From positions 47,991 to 111,990 of the IMG/VR virus record IMGVR_UViG_3300047160_006886: DNA of 64,000 bases. The stretch is one strand, 5' to 3'. Origin of the DNA: a virus. Shown piece by piece: positions 36,079-45,237 of the stretch. Position numbers and translations under genes: made by a program. The first letter of the stretch is position 1, and every line of letters begins with the position of its first letter. The notes below the pieces were generated by a model. The model was not told where the DNA came from, made no database searches, and worked only from the letters and a program-made list of their open reading frames with translations.

Positions 36079-37110
36079 CTCCTGTACCTGGCTCCGTTCG
36101 GTCACGAGCTGCAAGGGGCGGCGCTTGTCCTTGAGCCGGTAGACATCCTTGTGAGTCGCCGAGACCTGCTCGTGCTCGTTGGGGTCCTTCGACTGAGCCA
36201 GCTGCCCGTAGCCGCGAAGAGGGACGCCGCATGAATGGCAGTGCTGGCGGACCTGATTGGCGAACATCCCCATATCCCACTTCCACCAGTGATCGAGCTG
36301 GCTGCCAGGACGGCTGATGAACTCCAGATCGACTCCGGTATCCGGGTAGTCCGGCTCGTGCTGATGGAGGAGGGCCTGAGCCATCGCTACTTCGCAGAAA
36401 TAAGCCCGCAGCTGGCCCCGGAAGACGCCGATGCCCGCAGACCAGTGCTGATTGATGTCGCAGCGGGAGATGAGGTCCCACGCCTCTTCCTCGGCGTAGA
36501 CTTTTCCCTTGCCCTCGCAGCGATAGCATGGATCGCCGTCATCGACCCAAGTCATTCCCCTCCCGCTTCCTCCGCAGACTGGACAATCAGTGAGCAGCAC
36601 ATCCTTCATCGCGATCCAGGGCGGCGAGTGGCGGCTGTCCCGGTCGAGGCCGCAGGGCATAGACTCCGGCCAGTGAGTGCGGAAGAGGGTGTGGGCGACC
36701 AGATCCATGTGCACGTTGAGGTTCGAGACTCTGGGGTTGAAAGTCCTCCGCATCTCGACGGCCCGGTCAGCGGTGATGGGGTTGTTCGACCAGATGCCCC
36801 GCTGCTCATATGGCACCCAGGAATCGCGGAGCACCTTACATATCTCCATGAAGTGCTTCGAGACCGCAGGGTTGCCGCCGAAGACGCCTACGACACCGTA
36901 GTAGCCCTTGAGCGACTCGACGGCGAGAGCGAATTGCTCCGGCGTCATGTCCGACCTCGCACCGTTCTCGATCTGGCTCGCTTGCGTACATGAGAAACAC
37001 TGCTTGTCGCAACGGCTGGTGATCAAGATCTGTATCACCCCACGTCTGTATTTCCCTTCTCTTGGTGTTCCTGGAGCGACCATGCGACTCAAGCATTCTT
37101 GTTCGTTCAT
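36031..37110 (-). CDS. Radical SAM protein
   Basis: CDKQCFSC, FGGNP; internal CPVCGGSG..CYRCEGKG. Confidence 0.78.
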   Translation of the reverse strand: MNEQECLSRMVAPGTPREGKYRRGVIQILITSRCDKQCFSCTQASQIENGARSDMTPEQFALAVESLKGYYGVVGVFGGNPAVSKHFMEICKVLRDSWVPYEQRGIWSNNPITADRAVEMRRTFNPRVSNLNVHMDLVAHTLFRTHWPESMPCGLDRDSRHSPPWIAMKDVLLTDCPVCGGSGRGMTWVDDGDPCYRCEGKGKVYAEEEAWDLISRCDINQHWSAGIGVFRGQLRAYFCEVAMAQALLHQHEPDYPDTGVDLEFISRPGSQLDHWWKWDMGMFANQVRQHCHSCGVPLRGYGQLAQSKDPNEHEQVSATHKDVYRLKDKRRPLQLVTERSQVQEQRLDMMTRYLQNSSK

Positions 37111-37233
37111 GGAACTATCCTCCTGTGACGACCAGCCACACCAGCCACCAGAGCGTGAAAGCCGTGAGTGCCAGCGTCGGAACAACGAAGATGGTATAGA
37201 AAGAGTACTCCAGCACCTTGTCTAGTCTCTCGT

Positions 37234-37533
37234 TCATATCAGGTCAGCCCCCTCCATCTCGGGTTTCGTCAATAGCCGGAATCGCATCGACTCCGGCACC
37301 TTCTCGTCGACCTTGTCAGCTTCCAACGGCCCCATCGTCTGCGTCTCGCAGTCTCTAGGGATCAAGTTGAGACCATGAGTCCGCATCCAGGCATCAGTCG
37401 GTCCTCTGCCGGGGATGACGACCACTCCGACGAAGCCGGTTTTGACGTGGCAGATGCTGATCCAGTACCACTCCTCCTTGCCGGTCCGCAGCTCCTCCTT
37501 GAGCAGTTCCGCCGCTCTCTCTCTCGGGGTCAT
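37234..37533 (-). CDS. Hypothetical protein
   Basis: Coupled ORF. Confidence 0.5.
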   Translation of the reverse strand: MTPRERAAELLKEELRTGKEEWYWISICHVKTGFVGVVVIPGRGPTDAWMRTHGLNLIPRDCETQTMGPLEADKVDEKVPESMRFRLLTKPEMEGADLI

Positions 37534-37775
37534 AGTCCTAACCTCCTCATGACTTCTCTCATGGCTGCACGCTGCTCCGGCAGACTCCCTGCCTCAAGCA
37601 TCTGCTTCCTCATCTCGTCCTCCACATCGAGCACCCAGGCATAGGCACTCACCAGGGCCAGATTTACTAGAACCTTGCTCTGCGTCTCCGGGTCATCGAA
37701 GTTCCCCGCACTGGCTTCGTTCAGCCGAGTGACGGATTCGCCCATCTTCGCCAGGATCTGTTCACCAGTCTTCAT
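37530..37775 (-). CDS. Hypothetical protein
   Basis: Coupled ORF. Confidence 0.5.
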   Translation of the reverse strand: MKTGEQILAKMGESVTRLNEASAGNFDDPETQSKVLVNLALVSAYAWVLDVEDEMRKQMLEAGSLPEQRAAMREVMRRLGL

Positions 37776-38092
37776 GCTACTGTCTCCCTCCTCAGCTCTA
37801 CCTCCTGACATCCTCGCATCAGCCACCAAAGCCGCAGGCGGTCGAGGAGCGGCATCTTATCATATATTCTCACTGTTCTTGAAGTCATGTCGAAGTGATC
37901 AGTGATGAGGACGAACGGGTTTCGCTTTTCCCAGTGGACTCTGATCATGGAATAAAGTTTGTAATCCATGCCCACAAATTCCCTCTCCCACTCGAACTCA
38001 GCGACATACCACTCCGACTCACCGGCGTGTCGCTGGAGGACACGGTTGAACAGTTTCCAAGGCACCCGCCTCACCCGCTTCGATTGCCACAT
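37772..38092 (-). CDS. Hypothetical protein
   Basis: Coupled ORF. Confidence 0.45.
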   Translation of the reverse strand: MWQSKRVRRVPWKLFNRVLQRHAGESEWYVAEFEWEREFVGMDYKLYSMIRVHWEKRNPFVLITDHFDMTSRTVRIYDKMPLLDRLRLWWLMRGCQEVELRRETVA

Positions 38093-38096
38093 CTGT

Positions 38097-38444
38097 TCAT
38101 CCCTTCTGCACTGGGACCGTCACTTCCGGCACTCCGTAGTGGAGAGAGCCGTCTCTGAGATCCAACCCGGACTTGACCAGGCCGTTTCGGATCTCGCGCA
38201 ACGTAGTCGGTCCGCAATTCCTGAACTGCTGCAGATCGGACACAGACATAGCAGTCAACTGCGCGAGGGACCTGATGTCCTGGTGGATGAGTATTTTCCT
38301 GGCCCGCACGGAGAGTGTCCTCGCAAAGTCGATGAACGACTGATCAGCCGGTTCAGACGGCAGCTTCTCAAGCATCGAGTCGGCGAGTCTCAGTGCTGTT
38401 GCAGCCTCTTCGAGGAGGCTGGCCAAGCGGAGAAACTGATTCAT
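38097..38444 (-). CDS. RNA polymerase alpha-CTD-like protein
   Basis: LSVRARKIL..I.SLAQL..DL..FRNCGPTTLREI..GL.L. Confidence 0.75.
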   Translation of the reverse strand: MNQFLRLASLLEEAATALRLADSMLEKLPSEPADQSFIDFARTLSVRARKILIHQDIRSLAQLTAMSVSDLQQFRNCGPTTLREIRNGLVKSGLDLRDGSLHYGVPEVTVPVQKG

Positions 38445-39055
38445 CTCTTCACCATGTAGAAGGACCAGGGTTCAGGAGGATTGACTGACATCTCCGGCAC
38501 GAGGAAGACCTCGATCCGCCAAGGGTCGATGAGGGAGTTCGCCAACCGAGCTACGGCGATCTGCACATTGGCGGCGATCCGCGACGAGGAGTTGGTGTAG
38601 TCGTGGCCGGCCAGGATGCCGCCGGGCTTGACCTTCTTCCACCATTCGCAGACGTCGAAGCAGACCTCCTCCAACCTGTGGGAGCCGTCGACATAGACGA
38701 ACGCCAGCGATCCATCCTGGAAGTGCTTGATGGCCTTCCGGCTGGTCATGCACATGAACCCGACCATGTCGTGACCGTCGATCTGCTTGTGCTGATGGAG
38801 CACCCGCCTGGCTTCGCTCATGTCCTCCTGCCGCTGCTCGGCCGTCCTCGTGCAGATGGCATCATCGTGCTCGTCGTAGTCGGTCAGGTACGGATCAATG
38901 CAGAAGAGCGGTTTCGGACTCCAGCGCTCCAGCAGCCACGAGGCGAACTCGCCGCGATGGGTGCCGATCTCGACTCCCGGTTCGCCGGGGTACTTGAGGC
39001 GGAGGTACTCCCCGAACTGCCTGCGGCCGATGAACTCACCTTGACGGATCAACAC
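38441..39055 (-). CDS. Methyltransf_24-like O-methyltransferase
   Basis: GVEIGTHRG..FVYVDGSH..GGILAGHDY. Confidence 0.85.
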   Translation of the reverse strand: MLIRQGEFIGRRQFGEYLRLKYPGEPGVEIGTHRGEFASWLLERWSPKPLFCIDPYLTDYDEHDDAICTRTAEQRQEDMSEARRVLHQHKQIDGHDMVGFMCMTSRKAIKHFQDGSLAFVYVDGSHRLEEVCFDVCEWWKKVKPGGILAGHDYTNSSSRIAANVQIAVARLANSLIDPWRIEVFLVPEMSVNPPEPWSFYMVKR

Positions 39056-39569
39056 CTTGGAAGTCCTTTCTGGCTTGCTCTTCGCCGATCTTCCTCATCT
39101 CATCGACTCGCTCGATGCTCATCTGCTCCGGCTCGATTCCCTTGACGCCGACCATCCAGCCAGGCGGCAGCGGGATGAGTCCCGGCGACTTGAGGTCGAC
39201 TTCATATGGCCACTCGGCTCCCCACTGAGCCTTGACGACAGCGATCTCCACGTCGGTCTGCGGACGCCAGAGGTGGAGGCAGGTCGGATAGTTGTTGATC
39301 CAGGTCGCCCTGGGCGGGTGCAGCTGCATCACTGTCTCATCATCCCGGAAGAACAGCTCCTTGACGAAGCACATTATCTCCCAGCTCGGACAGTGGCCGG
39401 TGAACCGGTGCAGCGAGACGCTGACGTGGTCCCAGCCGCCGCCGTCGCTGACAATAACTCCCAGTTCCTGCTTGTCAGGACCGAACGGGACCATGAAGGA
39501 GCCGCTGTTGGTCCGTGGCGGACCGGCGATCCGGTAGCGTTCAGCTCTGAGGTTCGGAGTGTTTCTCAT
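39036..39569 (-). CDS. Conserved phage protein
   Basis: GWDHVSVS..PSWEIM..VKELFF..QLHPP..CLHLWRP. Confidence 0.7.
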   Translation of the reverse strand: MRNTPNLRAERYRIAGPPRTNSGSFMVPFGPDKQELGVIVSDGGGWDHVSVSLHRFTGHCPSWEIMCFVKELFFRDDETVMQLHPPRATWINNYPTCLHLWRPQTDVEIAVVKAQWGAEWPYEVDLKSPGLIPLPPGWMVGVKGIEPEQMSIERVDEMRKIGEEQARKDFQGVDPSR

Positions 39570-40174
39570 TGGGGTCTCTCCGGGATGGTTTCGTGAAGGT
39601 ACCAGTCGTTGATTAAGTCGCCCAGGTAATCCAGGAGCAGATAGCCGTGACTCCGCATCAGGTGATGGACCGCGTCCTTCTTGTGGCTGACACCATTGTG
39701 TTCGATGGCTGCCAGGCCGAACTTCCAGCGGTCGAAGTCATGGGCCGAGAGGATCTCGAACTCCGAGCCTTCGGTGTCGAGGCAGAGGAAGTGGATCAAT
39801 GACGGAGCGGCGTGCTCTTCGAGGAGCCGGGGCAGGGTGATGGATCTCTTGATGCTGTCGGTGTGGAGCAGTCCGCTGCGGTTCCACTTGTCGGCGAAGC
39901 AGATCGGGATGCCCGACAGTTCGATGCCTTCTCCGTCCATCTCCGACCAAGGCACCGCCTGCTCGCAGTGCCAGAGTGGTCGGTCATCGAGCTGACATCT
40001 CCGCGACTGAGTCAGGCCCAGGTAAGCCCGCGACGGCTCGACACAGATACCGTCCCAGCCGGCCTTCTCCAGCTCCAGGGTCTGCGAGTCGCCGACGCCG
40101 TCGTGGGCACCGGCCTCGACAAAGAAGCCCTTGGGCCATTGGGTCAACAGCCAGGACAGGGTCTCAGGTTTCAT
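39566..40174 (-). CDS. FkbM-family methyltransferase
   Basis: FFVEAGAHDG..GWDGICVEP..LDTEGSE..IEHN. Confidence 0.88.
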   Translation of the reverse strand: MKPETLSWLLTQWPKGFFVEAGAHDGVGDSQTLELEKAGWDGICVEPSRAYLGLTQSRRCQLDDRPLWHCEQAVPWSEMDGEGIELSGIPICFADKWNRSGLLHTDSIKRSITLPRLLEEHAAPSLIHFLCLDTEGSEFEILSAHDFDRWKFGLAAIEHNGVSHKKDAVHHLMRSHGYLLLDYLGDLINDWYLHETIPERPQ

Positions 40175-40177
40175 CGC

Positions 40178-40459
40178 TCACCAACCGTTCCAGAAGCGGA
40201 TGATCTTGACGTCCGGGTCGAGCTTGGTCAGATCCACCTCGAACCCTGATGATGCGTTGCCTTGATACTTGTTGACAGCCGCATTTTTCTCAATCTCCAC
40301 TCGAACGCCGGACTCGTCCGGACCGCAATACTCGAAGAACTTCTCCACCCCATCCGGCAGCGGCAATCCAGCTGCCACGCAAGAATCCCAGACCGCTTTC
40401 ATCTTCCGCCACTTCTCATCCGGTGGCTTGAATCCGCAGACATGTGTCGACATGCTCAT
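40178..40459 (-). CDS. Conserved phage hypothetical protein
   Basis: Coupled ORF. Confidence 0.6.
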   Translation of the reverse strand: MSMSTHVCGFKPPDEKWRKMKAVWDSCVAAGLPLPDGVEKFFEYCGPDESGVRVEIEKNAAVNKYQGNASSGFEVDLTKLDPDVKIIRFWNGW

Positions 40460-41256
40460 GGCATTTCTCCGTACACCCTCATCTTGGGTCTCTCGCGCTG
40501 ATACGCCGCCAGCTTCTCGGTCCAGAATGCCCCCGTCACTTCGCCGGTCTCCTTGACCAGCTTCGAGACCATCGTGCCGTCCATTGGATTCCAATGTCCG
40601 CAGATGCGGCAGAGCACTTTCGCTTGTGCCATCATCGCATCCCAGGTCACGTCCTTGAGATGCATGATGCCGATGTCATGACCGGCCACCCTTGCCACTG
40701 CCGCTCCGGCTCCGTCCAAAAAATACCCGTTGCGTGTTAATCCCAAACCACAGCAGCGGATGCCGAAGATGCCGCAGGGCTCAAGTTCGCCGACGTTGGG
40801 GTCTCTGTCCACAGGGGTGATGCGGAAGTTGTTGAACCATGGCGGCTGCTCGCCCTTGGTCTTGGTCTCGGCGTGGAGGGAGATGTTCAGTTCCTTGAGC
40901 CAGTCGCGGAACTCCGCCGACCTGCCCCGGCCGTTGGTCAACACCTGGAGGAAGACCTTCGGATATCGCTGACGGTACTTGACCAGCAGGCCGATCAGGC
41001 CGGCGAAGTTGGGATGCAGAGTCGGCTCGCCGCCTAAGAAGCGTATCCGCTCCCACTCCCAGTCCAGAGCGAAGGACTCATCGACGAACCGCTCGACCTG
41101 CTCATAAGTCATGTTCGGCATCCAGGTCTGCGGTAGGTCTGAAAATCTGTCGCAAGCGAAGCAGGAGAGATCGCACCTCGTATTTATCTCAAGCTCTATG
41201 TGCTTAAATCTCTCTGCTGAGTCGCCCCAAGGAGTCAATGTTGTCAGAGGGATCAT
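40456..41256 (-). CDS. Radical SAM protein
   Basis: CDLSCFAC, LGGEPTLHP, LTNG. Confidence 0.85.
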   Translation of the reverse strand: MIPLTTLTPWGDSAERFKHIELEINTRCDLSCFACDRFSDLPQTWMPNMTYEQVERFVDESFALDWEWERIRFLGGEPTLHPNFAGLIGLLVKYRQRYPKVFLQVLTNGRGRSAEFRDWLKELNISLHAETKTKGEQPPWFNNFRITPVDRDPNVGELEPCGIFGIRCCGLGLTRNGYFLDGAGAAVARVAGHDIGIMHLKDVTWDAMMAQAKVLCRICGHWNPMDGTMVSKLVKETGEVTGAFWTEKLAAYQRERPKMRVYGEMP

Positions 41257-41266
41257 GGTGATGTCC

Positions 41267-41725
41267 TCAGTTCTTGGCCACGTGCCAGAAGGCCGGCTTG
41301 CCGAGAGCGATGGCCCAGTTCGCCGTCCAACAGGCTCCGCTCTTGACATGAACGGGCCTCTTCGGTTCTTTGTTAATGCAGTGGTAGCATTCCTTGAACC
41401 TCATTCCCTTGAAGTCGCTGGGCAGTCGGTCGACGCAAATGACATGGATCTCGTCGCAGTTCTCGGCGATCTGGATGTTCCGCTCACGGAAACCAGGGCT
41501 CCAGATCAAGTTCTTAGGAGGGAAGATCAGCGTCTTGAGTCCCGCCTTCTTCGCCTCCTCTTCGGCCCAGATATCAACGCCGCCGAGGTGGCAGTGACCG
41601 CTGACGATGATGCGACCGGGAACGAGCAGGTTGCGGATGAGGACCAGGGCACGCTCCTCACCCTCTGGTGTGAACTTCGCCTCCTCGTTGCCGACGATGG
41701 CTACTCGCTTCGTGCAGGGCATCAT
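41267..41725 (-). CDS. SLOG/YpsA-like nucleotide-binding protein
   Basis: VAIVG..IVSG..GGVDIWAE..RNIQIAE.CD. Confidence 0.7.
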   Translation of the reverse strand: MMPCTKRVAIVGNEEAKFTPEGEERALVLIRNLLVPGRIIVSGHCHLGGVDIWAEEEAKKAGLKTLIFPPKNLIWSPGFRERNIQIAENCDEIHVICVDRLPSDFKGMRFKECYHCINKEPKRPVHVKSGACWTANWAIALGKPAFWHVAKN

Positions 41726-41931
41726 CACCTTTCTTCGTCGTCGACGGCCAGAACTCCTCTGAGCCATGACCTCTGACTGCTCAGATGTTCTTGTAATTTC
41801 ATCGACAATGAGGTCCTGTCTTTTTCTGTCAAAGGCGTCTCTCTCCACTTCACCATCAGTTCATGAGTGGAAAGTGCTTCTTGACCAAGTTCCATAGCTC
41901 TTTCAATGGCTAGCTTTTGCAGTGCGTTCAT
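41725..41931 (-). CDS. Hypothetical protein
   Basis: Coupled ORF, lower GC. Confidence 0.45.
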   Translation of the reverse strand: MNALQKLAIERAMELGQEALSTHELMVKWRETPLTEKDRTSLSMKLQEHLSSQRSWLRGVLAVDDEER

Positions 41932-41939
41932 TGGTTGTC

Positions 41940-42353
41940 TCAGTACGCCTTCCCGTGCTTGTGCGGTCGGGTCCGGTTGTACTCCATCTTGTCGAGGATG
42001 GCCCGGCCGAGATCGATCTCCATCTTACCGCAGAGGTCCATGATGCGGATCACGGCGTCAGCCAGTTCGATGGCGATGCCTTCGGGCTTCTCGCATGCGC
42101 CTTGGGTCCGAGTAGCGGACACGCGATTGCCGATCTTATCCGTCCACCACATCATTGCTTCTTGGCCGAACGGACCTGGATTCCTGTGAATCTCCAGAGC
42201 CTCCGACAACTCGGAGTGAATGAGGGCGATCTTCTCGGCGAAGTTCCAGTTGTACTCCCACGGCCAGAAGCCCTTGCCGATGGCCCATGAGTGGATCTCG
42301 GAGCAAAGAGCGTTGATCGCTTCCACCATCCCGGTCTCGGTCACGCTATGCAT
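41940..42353 (-). CDS. MazG-like NTP pyrophosphohydrolase
   Basis: IHSELSEALE..ELADAVIRIMD..KMEYN.TRP. Confidence 0.8.
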   Translation of the reverse strand: MHSVTETGMVEAINALCSEIHSWAIGKGFWPWEYNWNFAEKIALIHSELSEALEIHRNPGPFGQEAMMWWTDKIGNRVSATRTQGACEKPEGIAIELADAVIRIMDLCGKMEIDLGRAILDKMEYNRTRPHKHGKAY

Positions 42354-43464
42354 AATTCCTCCTCAGCTTCTCAATGTCGTCCGCCAGTCGCTTGCCGACC
42401 GCCCGGTAGTCGTAGAACTTCTTCGCTCTCTCGGCGAAGTGGTGCTGCCTCTCGTCATCCCAGGTCCGGTAGAGCTGCTTAATCAGTTCGGCGAAGTCGG
42501 TCAGGGGGATGGTCGGAGCGACGCGGACGATGTTGCCGGTCCTGACGGCAGTTCCTCCGGCGGGAAGGGCGAACTCCTCCAGCAGCGGCTCCTCGATCTC
42601 CGGCATGACCTCGTCGGTCGGCAGGTCGGTGATGACGATGCAGCCGCAGGCAGTGCTCTCAACGATCTTCCGCAGGGCGTAACCGTAGATCGACGAGGTG
42701 CAGATGGAGACCTTGTAGGCCGGCAGAGTGCCCAGGAACTCCGGGGTGTGCGTTCCTCGCATGTGGTAGCCGGGATGCTTGAGGGCCGTGCAGCCGGGGA
42801 ACAGGGTATGATGAGCGACCAGTCGTTGGCGGAGCGGATAGCAACCGGAGACGGCCCCGGAGAGCATCACCCAGTCCCGGCGGGGAATCTGGTTCCAGGG
42901 CCGGAGGAGGTTGGCGTCGAGCGAGTGCCAGGTGCGGACCAGGTGCTCCGGCCGGACATAAGGGGCGAGATGCTTGACCACCGAAGGGTGGTAGTAAACG
43001 ATTAGTCCATGACACCCGGCTCTTGCGATACTATCTCTATGATACTCAGGCCGCTGATGACTGTCCTTCAAAATTGTCGCTTTGAACACATCAGGACGCT
43101 TAGCTAGTTCGTCTGTACCGAAAAAATGTGCTGACTTATCTCGAAAGTCCCAAGGATTAAGATTCTGATCCCATTCGCGTTCATCTTGGAGTATTACAAC
43201 GCCTGGAGTAGTTTGTTTAAGGATAGTAAGCACGACTGTCTCATCTACAGGCAATCGGCGTCCACAGAGTATATAACCCTGCTCTTGTAATCCCTGAAAA
43301 ATCTGAAAGCCCTCATCTGACATATGCCTCTTCATGCTCTCCACAGCTAACCCGATTCGCGTTCTTCTGTCATCCATTGGTCCAGAGTAGGAAGGAGCAG
43401 GGAGGACTTCCATTCGCCTGTGCGGCAGGGCTGCTATCACGTCGTTTACGGTTCTGAGGTTCAT
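42346..43464 (-). CDS. GT-B (CgeB/Glyco_trans_1_2-like) glycosyltransferase
   Basis: YPLR..YKVSI.TSS..YALRKIVE..ACGC..ITD. Confidence 0.7.
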   Translation of the reverse strand: MNLRTVNDVIAALPHRRMEVLPAPSYSGPMDDRRTRIGLAVESMKRHMSDEGFQIFQGLQEQGYILCGRRLPVDETVVLTILKQTTPGVVILQDEREWDQNLNPWDFRDKSAHFFGTDELAKRPDVFKATILKDSHQRPEYHRDSIARAGCHGLIVYYHPSVVKHLAPYVRPEHLVRTWHSLDANLLRPWNQIPRRDWVMLSGAVSGCYPLRQRLVAHHTLFPGCTALKHPGYHMRGTHTPEFLGTLPAYKVSICTSSIYGYALRKIVESTACGCIVITDLPTDEVMPEIEEPLLEEFALPAGGTAVRTGNIVRVAPTIPLTDFAELIKQLYRTWDDERQHHFAERAKKFYDYRAVGKRLADDIEKLRRNYA

Positions 43465-44141
43465 GAAACGTGTCTCCAGACCATCCGTCTCAGAAGCAAA
43501 CTCATAACCGGGCCGGATATTCCAAACCGGCGAGCTAAAGCCCTCACTCCAGAACCAGGACCGCCTCTTGCGTGAATCACTCTAGCATCTTTGACATCCC
43601 TCTCAGTCAATTTCGAGTTGTGATTTGCCTCGCCTCTTACGGGATTGACCCTACCCTTCTCTGCCGTGTCGTTACAGTTTTCTGCCTGCGTCCCAACAAA
43701 GAGGTGGTCGGGATTCACACACTTGCGATTGTCGCACTTGTGAAGCACGAACAACTCGGAAGGAATTGCTCCTCGATGGTGTTCCCATGAGTACCTGTGG
43801 GCTCTTTCATTCTTGCCGCCCCCAACACAGAACACTCCGTAGCCATCTTTATAGAGTGACCCGGTCCACTCCCAGCACTCTCCTAGATGTGGCTGATGAG
43901 ATGGTACACCGCCTTTCTTGTTCACTCGCCGCCAAAACCTGTTCTGGACTGTCTCCCTCTTAGGAGTAGGAGTCCCATGAGCCTTCCACCGACAATAGTG
44001 CATATCGCACCAACCACGAGCAACAACGGGCCTTTCACAACCCGGAATAGTACAGGGACTTCCCAGAGGTCGCCTGGTTCCCTGCACAGCTCTAGTTGAG
44101 GATGCCTTCAAGGTACTCACTTGCCTTATCTGTCTTGTCAT
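43461..44141 (-). mobile_element. Free-standing HNH homing endonuclease gene
   Basis: RFW..V..CWEWTG..GYG..AHR..VLHKCDNRKCVNPDHL; lower GC; start uncertain. Confidence 0.85.
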
Positions 44142-44289
44142 GGATGATCCGCCTCGCCCAAGCAGAGAGAGCATTGAGCTTGTCTCGCCTCTCCCTGCAA
44201 CCGCACTTGACCTTCAGCCACCGCTCGATCCTCTCGGTGGTGATGCCGACCTTGGTCAAAGCGGCTTCGATCACGTCTCCCAGTTCCAT
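44092..44289 (-). CDS. Small CGC-motif phage protein
   Basis: LGDVIE..GI..CGCRERRDKLN. Confidence 0.6.
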   Translation of the reverse strand: MELGDVIEAALTKVGITTERIERWLKVKCGCRERRDKLNALSAWARRIIHDKTDKASEYLEGILN

Positions 44290-44292
44290 GAA

Positions 44293-44871
44293 TCATCCCC
44301 ACTGTTCCGCCATTGCCTTGGCGATCCCTTCATAGGTGATGGAACGCAACCTCTCGCGCATTCCCTTCAGGTTTGGCATGGGGGGCATCCTGAAGACCCT
44401 CTGTTGTCGGACTTCAACCACGTTCGTGGGTTCCAGTAACGGCAATCCCTTTAGCCACAAGCAGGTGCCCTTGCTCTCTGCATGCCCGTACTGCCAAGGG
44501 TGAATGATCTGGTCATACCTTCTGCCAATGCCTTTCAAAGCATATTTATGAGGGATCGGGTTCTCGACAACCACTCTCGGAGAGTTTGCATCGAGACATT
44601 GCTTGAAGAACTCCACGGCCTTGTTCAGGCATTCCCACCTGTCCCTGTTCGAGCTTTTCAACCATCTCACTCCGGAGTTGCACAAGTAAGTGCATGGTGG
44701 ATGAGCGATGACCAAGTCCCAACGTTCGGTCAGCAAGGATCGCACATCTCCGCGAATGTGGTAGGTCTCATCCTCGCTCGCGAAAAAGTCACAGGACCAA
44801 GCATCATGCTTCAATACCCGAAAAGCGTTCCGTACTCGGCCAGAAAACTCGCAAGCCACCAAGACCTTCAT
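44293..44871 (-). CDS. Putative DNA cytosine methyltransferase (short phage type)
   Basis: VLVACEFSG, AHPPCTYL, VENP. Confidence 0.75.
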   Translation of the reverse strand: MKVLVACEFSGRVRNAFRVLKHDAWSCDFFASEDETYHIRGDVRSLLTERWDLVIAHPPCTYLCNSGVRWLKSSNRDRWECLNKAVEFFKQCLDANSPRVVVENPIPHKYALKGIGRRYDQIIHPWQYGHAESKGTCLWLKGLPLLEPTNVVEVRQQRVFRMPPMPNLKGMRERLRSITYEGIAKAMAEQWG

Positions 44872-45059
44872 ACATCGATCCCCATCTGACTGAGTCTGTC
44901 CCGCTCCCGATTGATCAGCTCTTCTCTCTTGGCGTTGATCCTCTTGACCTCCGAGAGGGCCATCCGGATGGAATCCCCCGCCCGCTCGGGGTCTTCGAGT
45001 TCGAGGTGGTAGAGGGCGGCCCTCAGCCTGCCGACTAGGAATTGCTCCAGAGTAGTCAT
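44868..45059 (-). CDS. Hypothetical protein
   Basis: Coupled; TAGAAT 7 nt before ATG. Confidence 0.5.
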   Translation of the reverse strand: MTTLEQFLVGRLRAALYHLELEDPERAGDSIRMALSEVKRINAKREELINRERDRLSQMGIDV

Positions 45060-45131
45060 GATCTTTATTCTAACCCCAGATCAGGAAAAACTCCGAAAGA
45101 AAAAATCCCGGTGAAGAACCGAGAAAGCAAA

Positions 45132-45164
45132 TTTCATTTTATTCTATGCTAGAATAGGGTGGGA
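45132..45164 (-). promoter_or_regulatory. Putative promoter/operator TCCCAC-N17-TAAAATGAAA, copy 2
   Basis: Matches 5201-5233; palindrome TATTCTA-TGC-TAGAATA. Confidence 0.55.
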
Positions 45165-45237
45165 TAGACTCTTTCTCTCTTCTTCTCTCTCTTCTTCTTT
45201 TAGTTAAAGTAAAGAGCAAATGCATCAAGCGAACATT

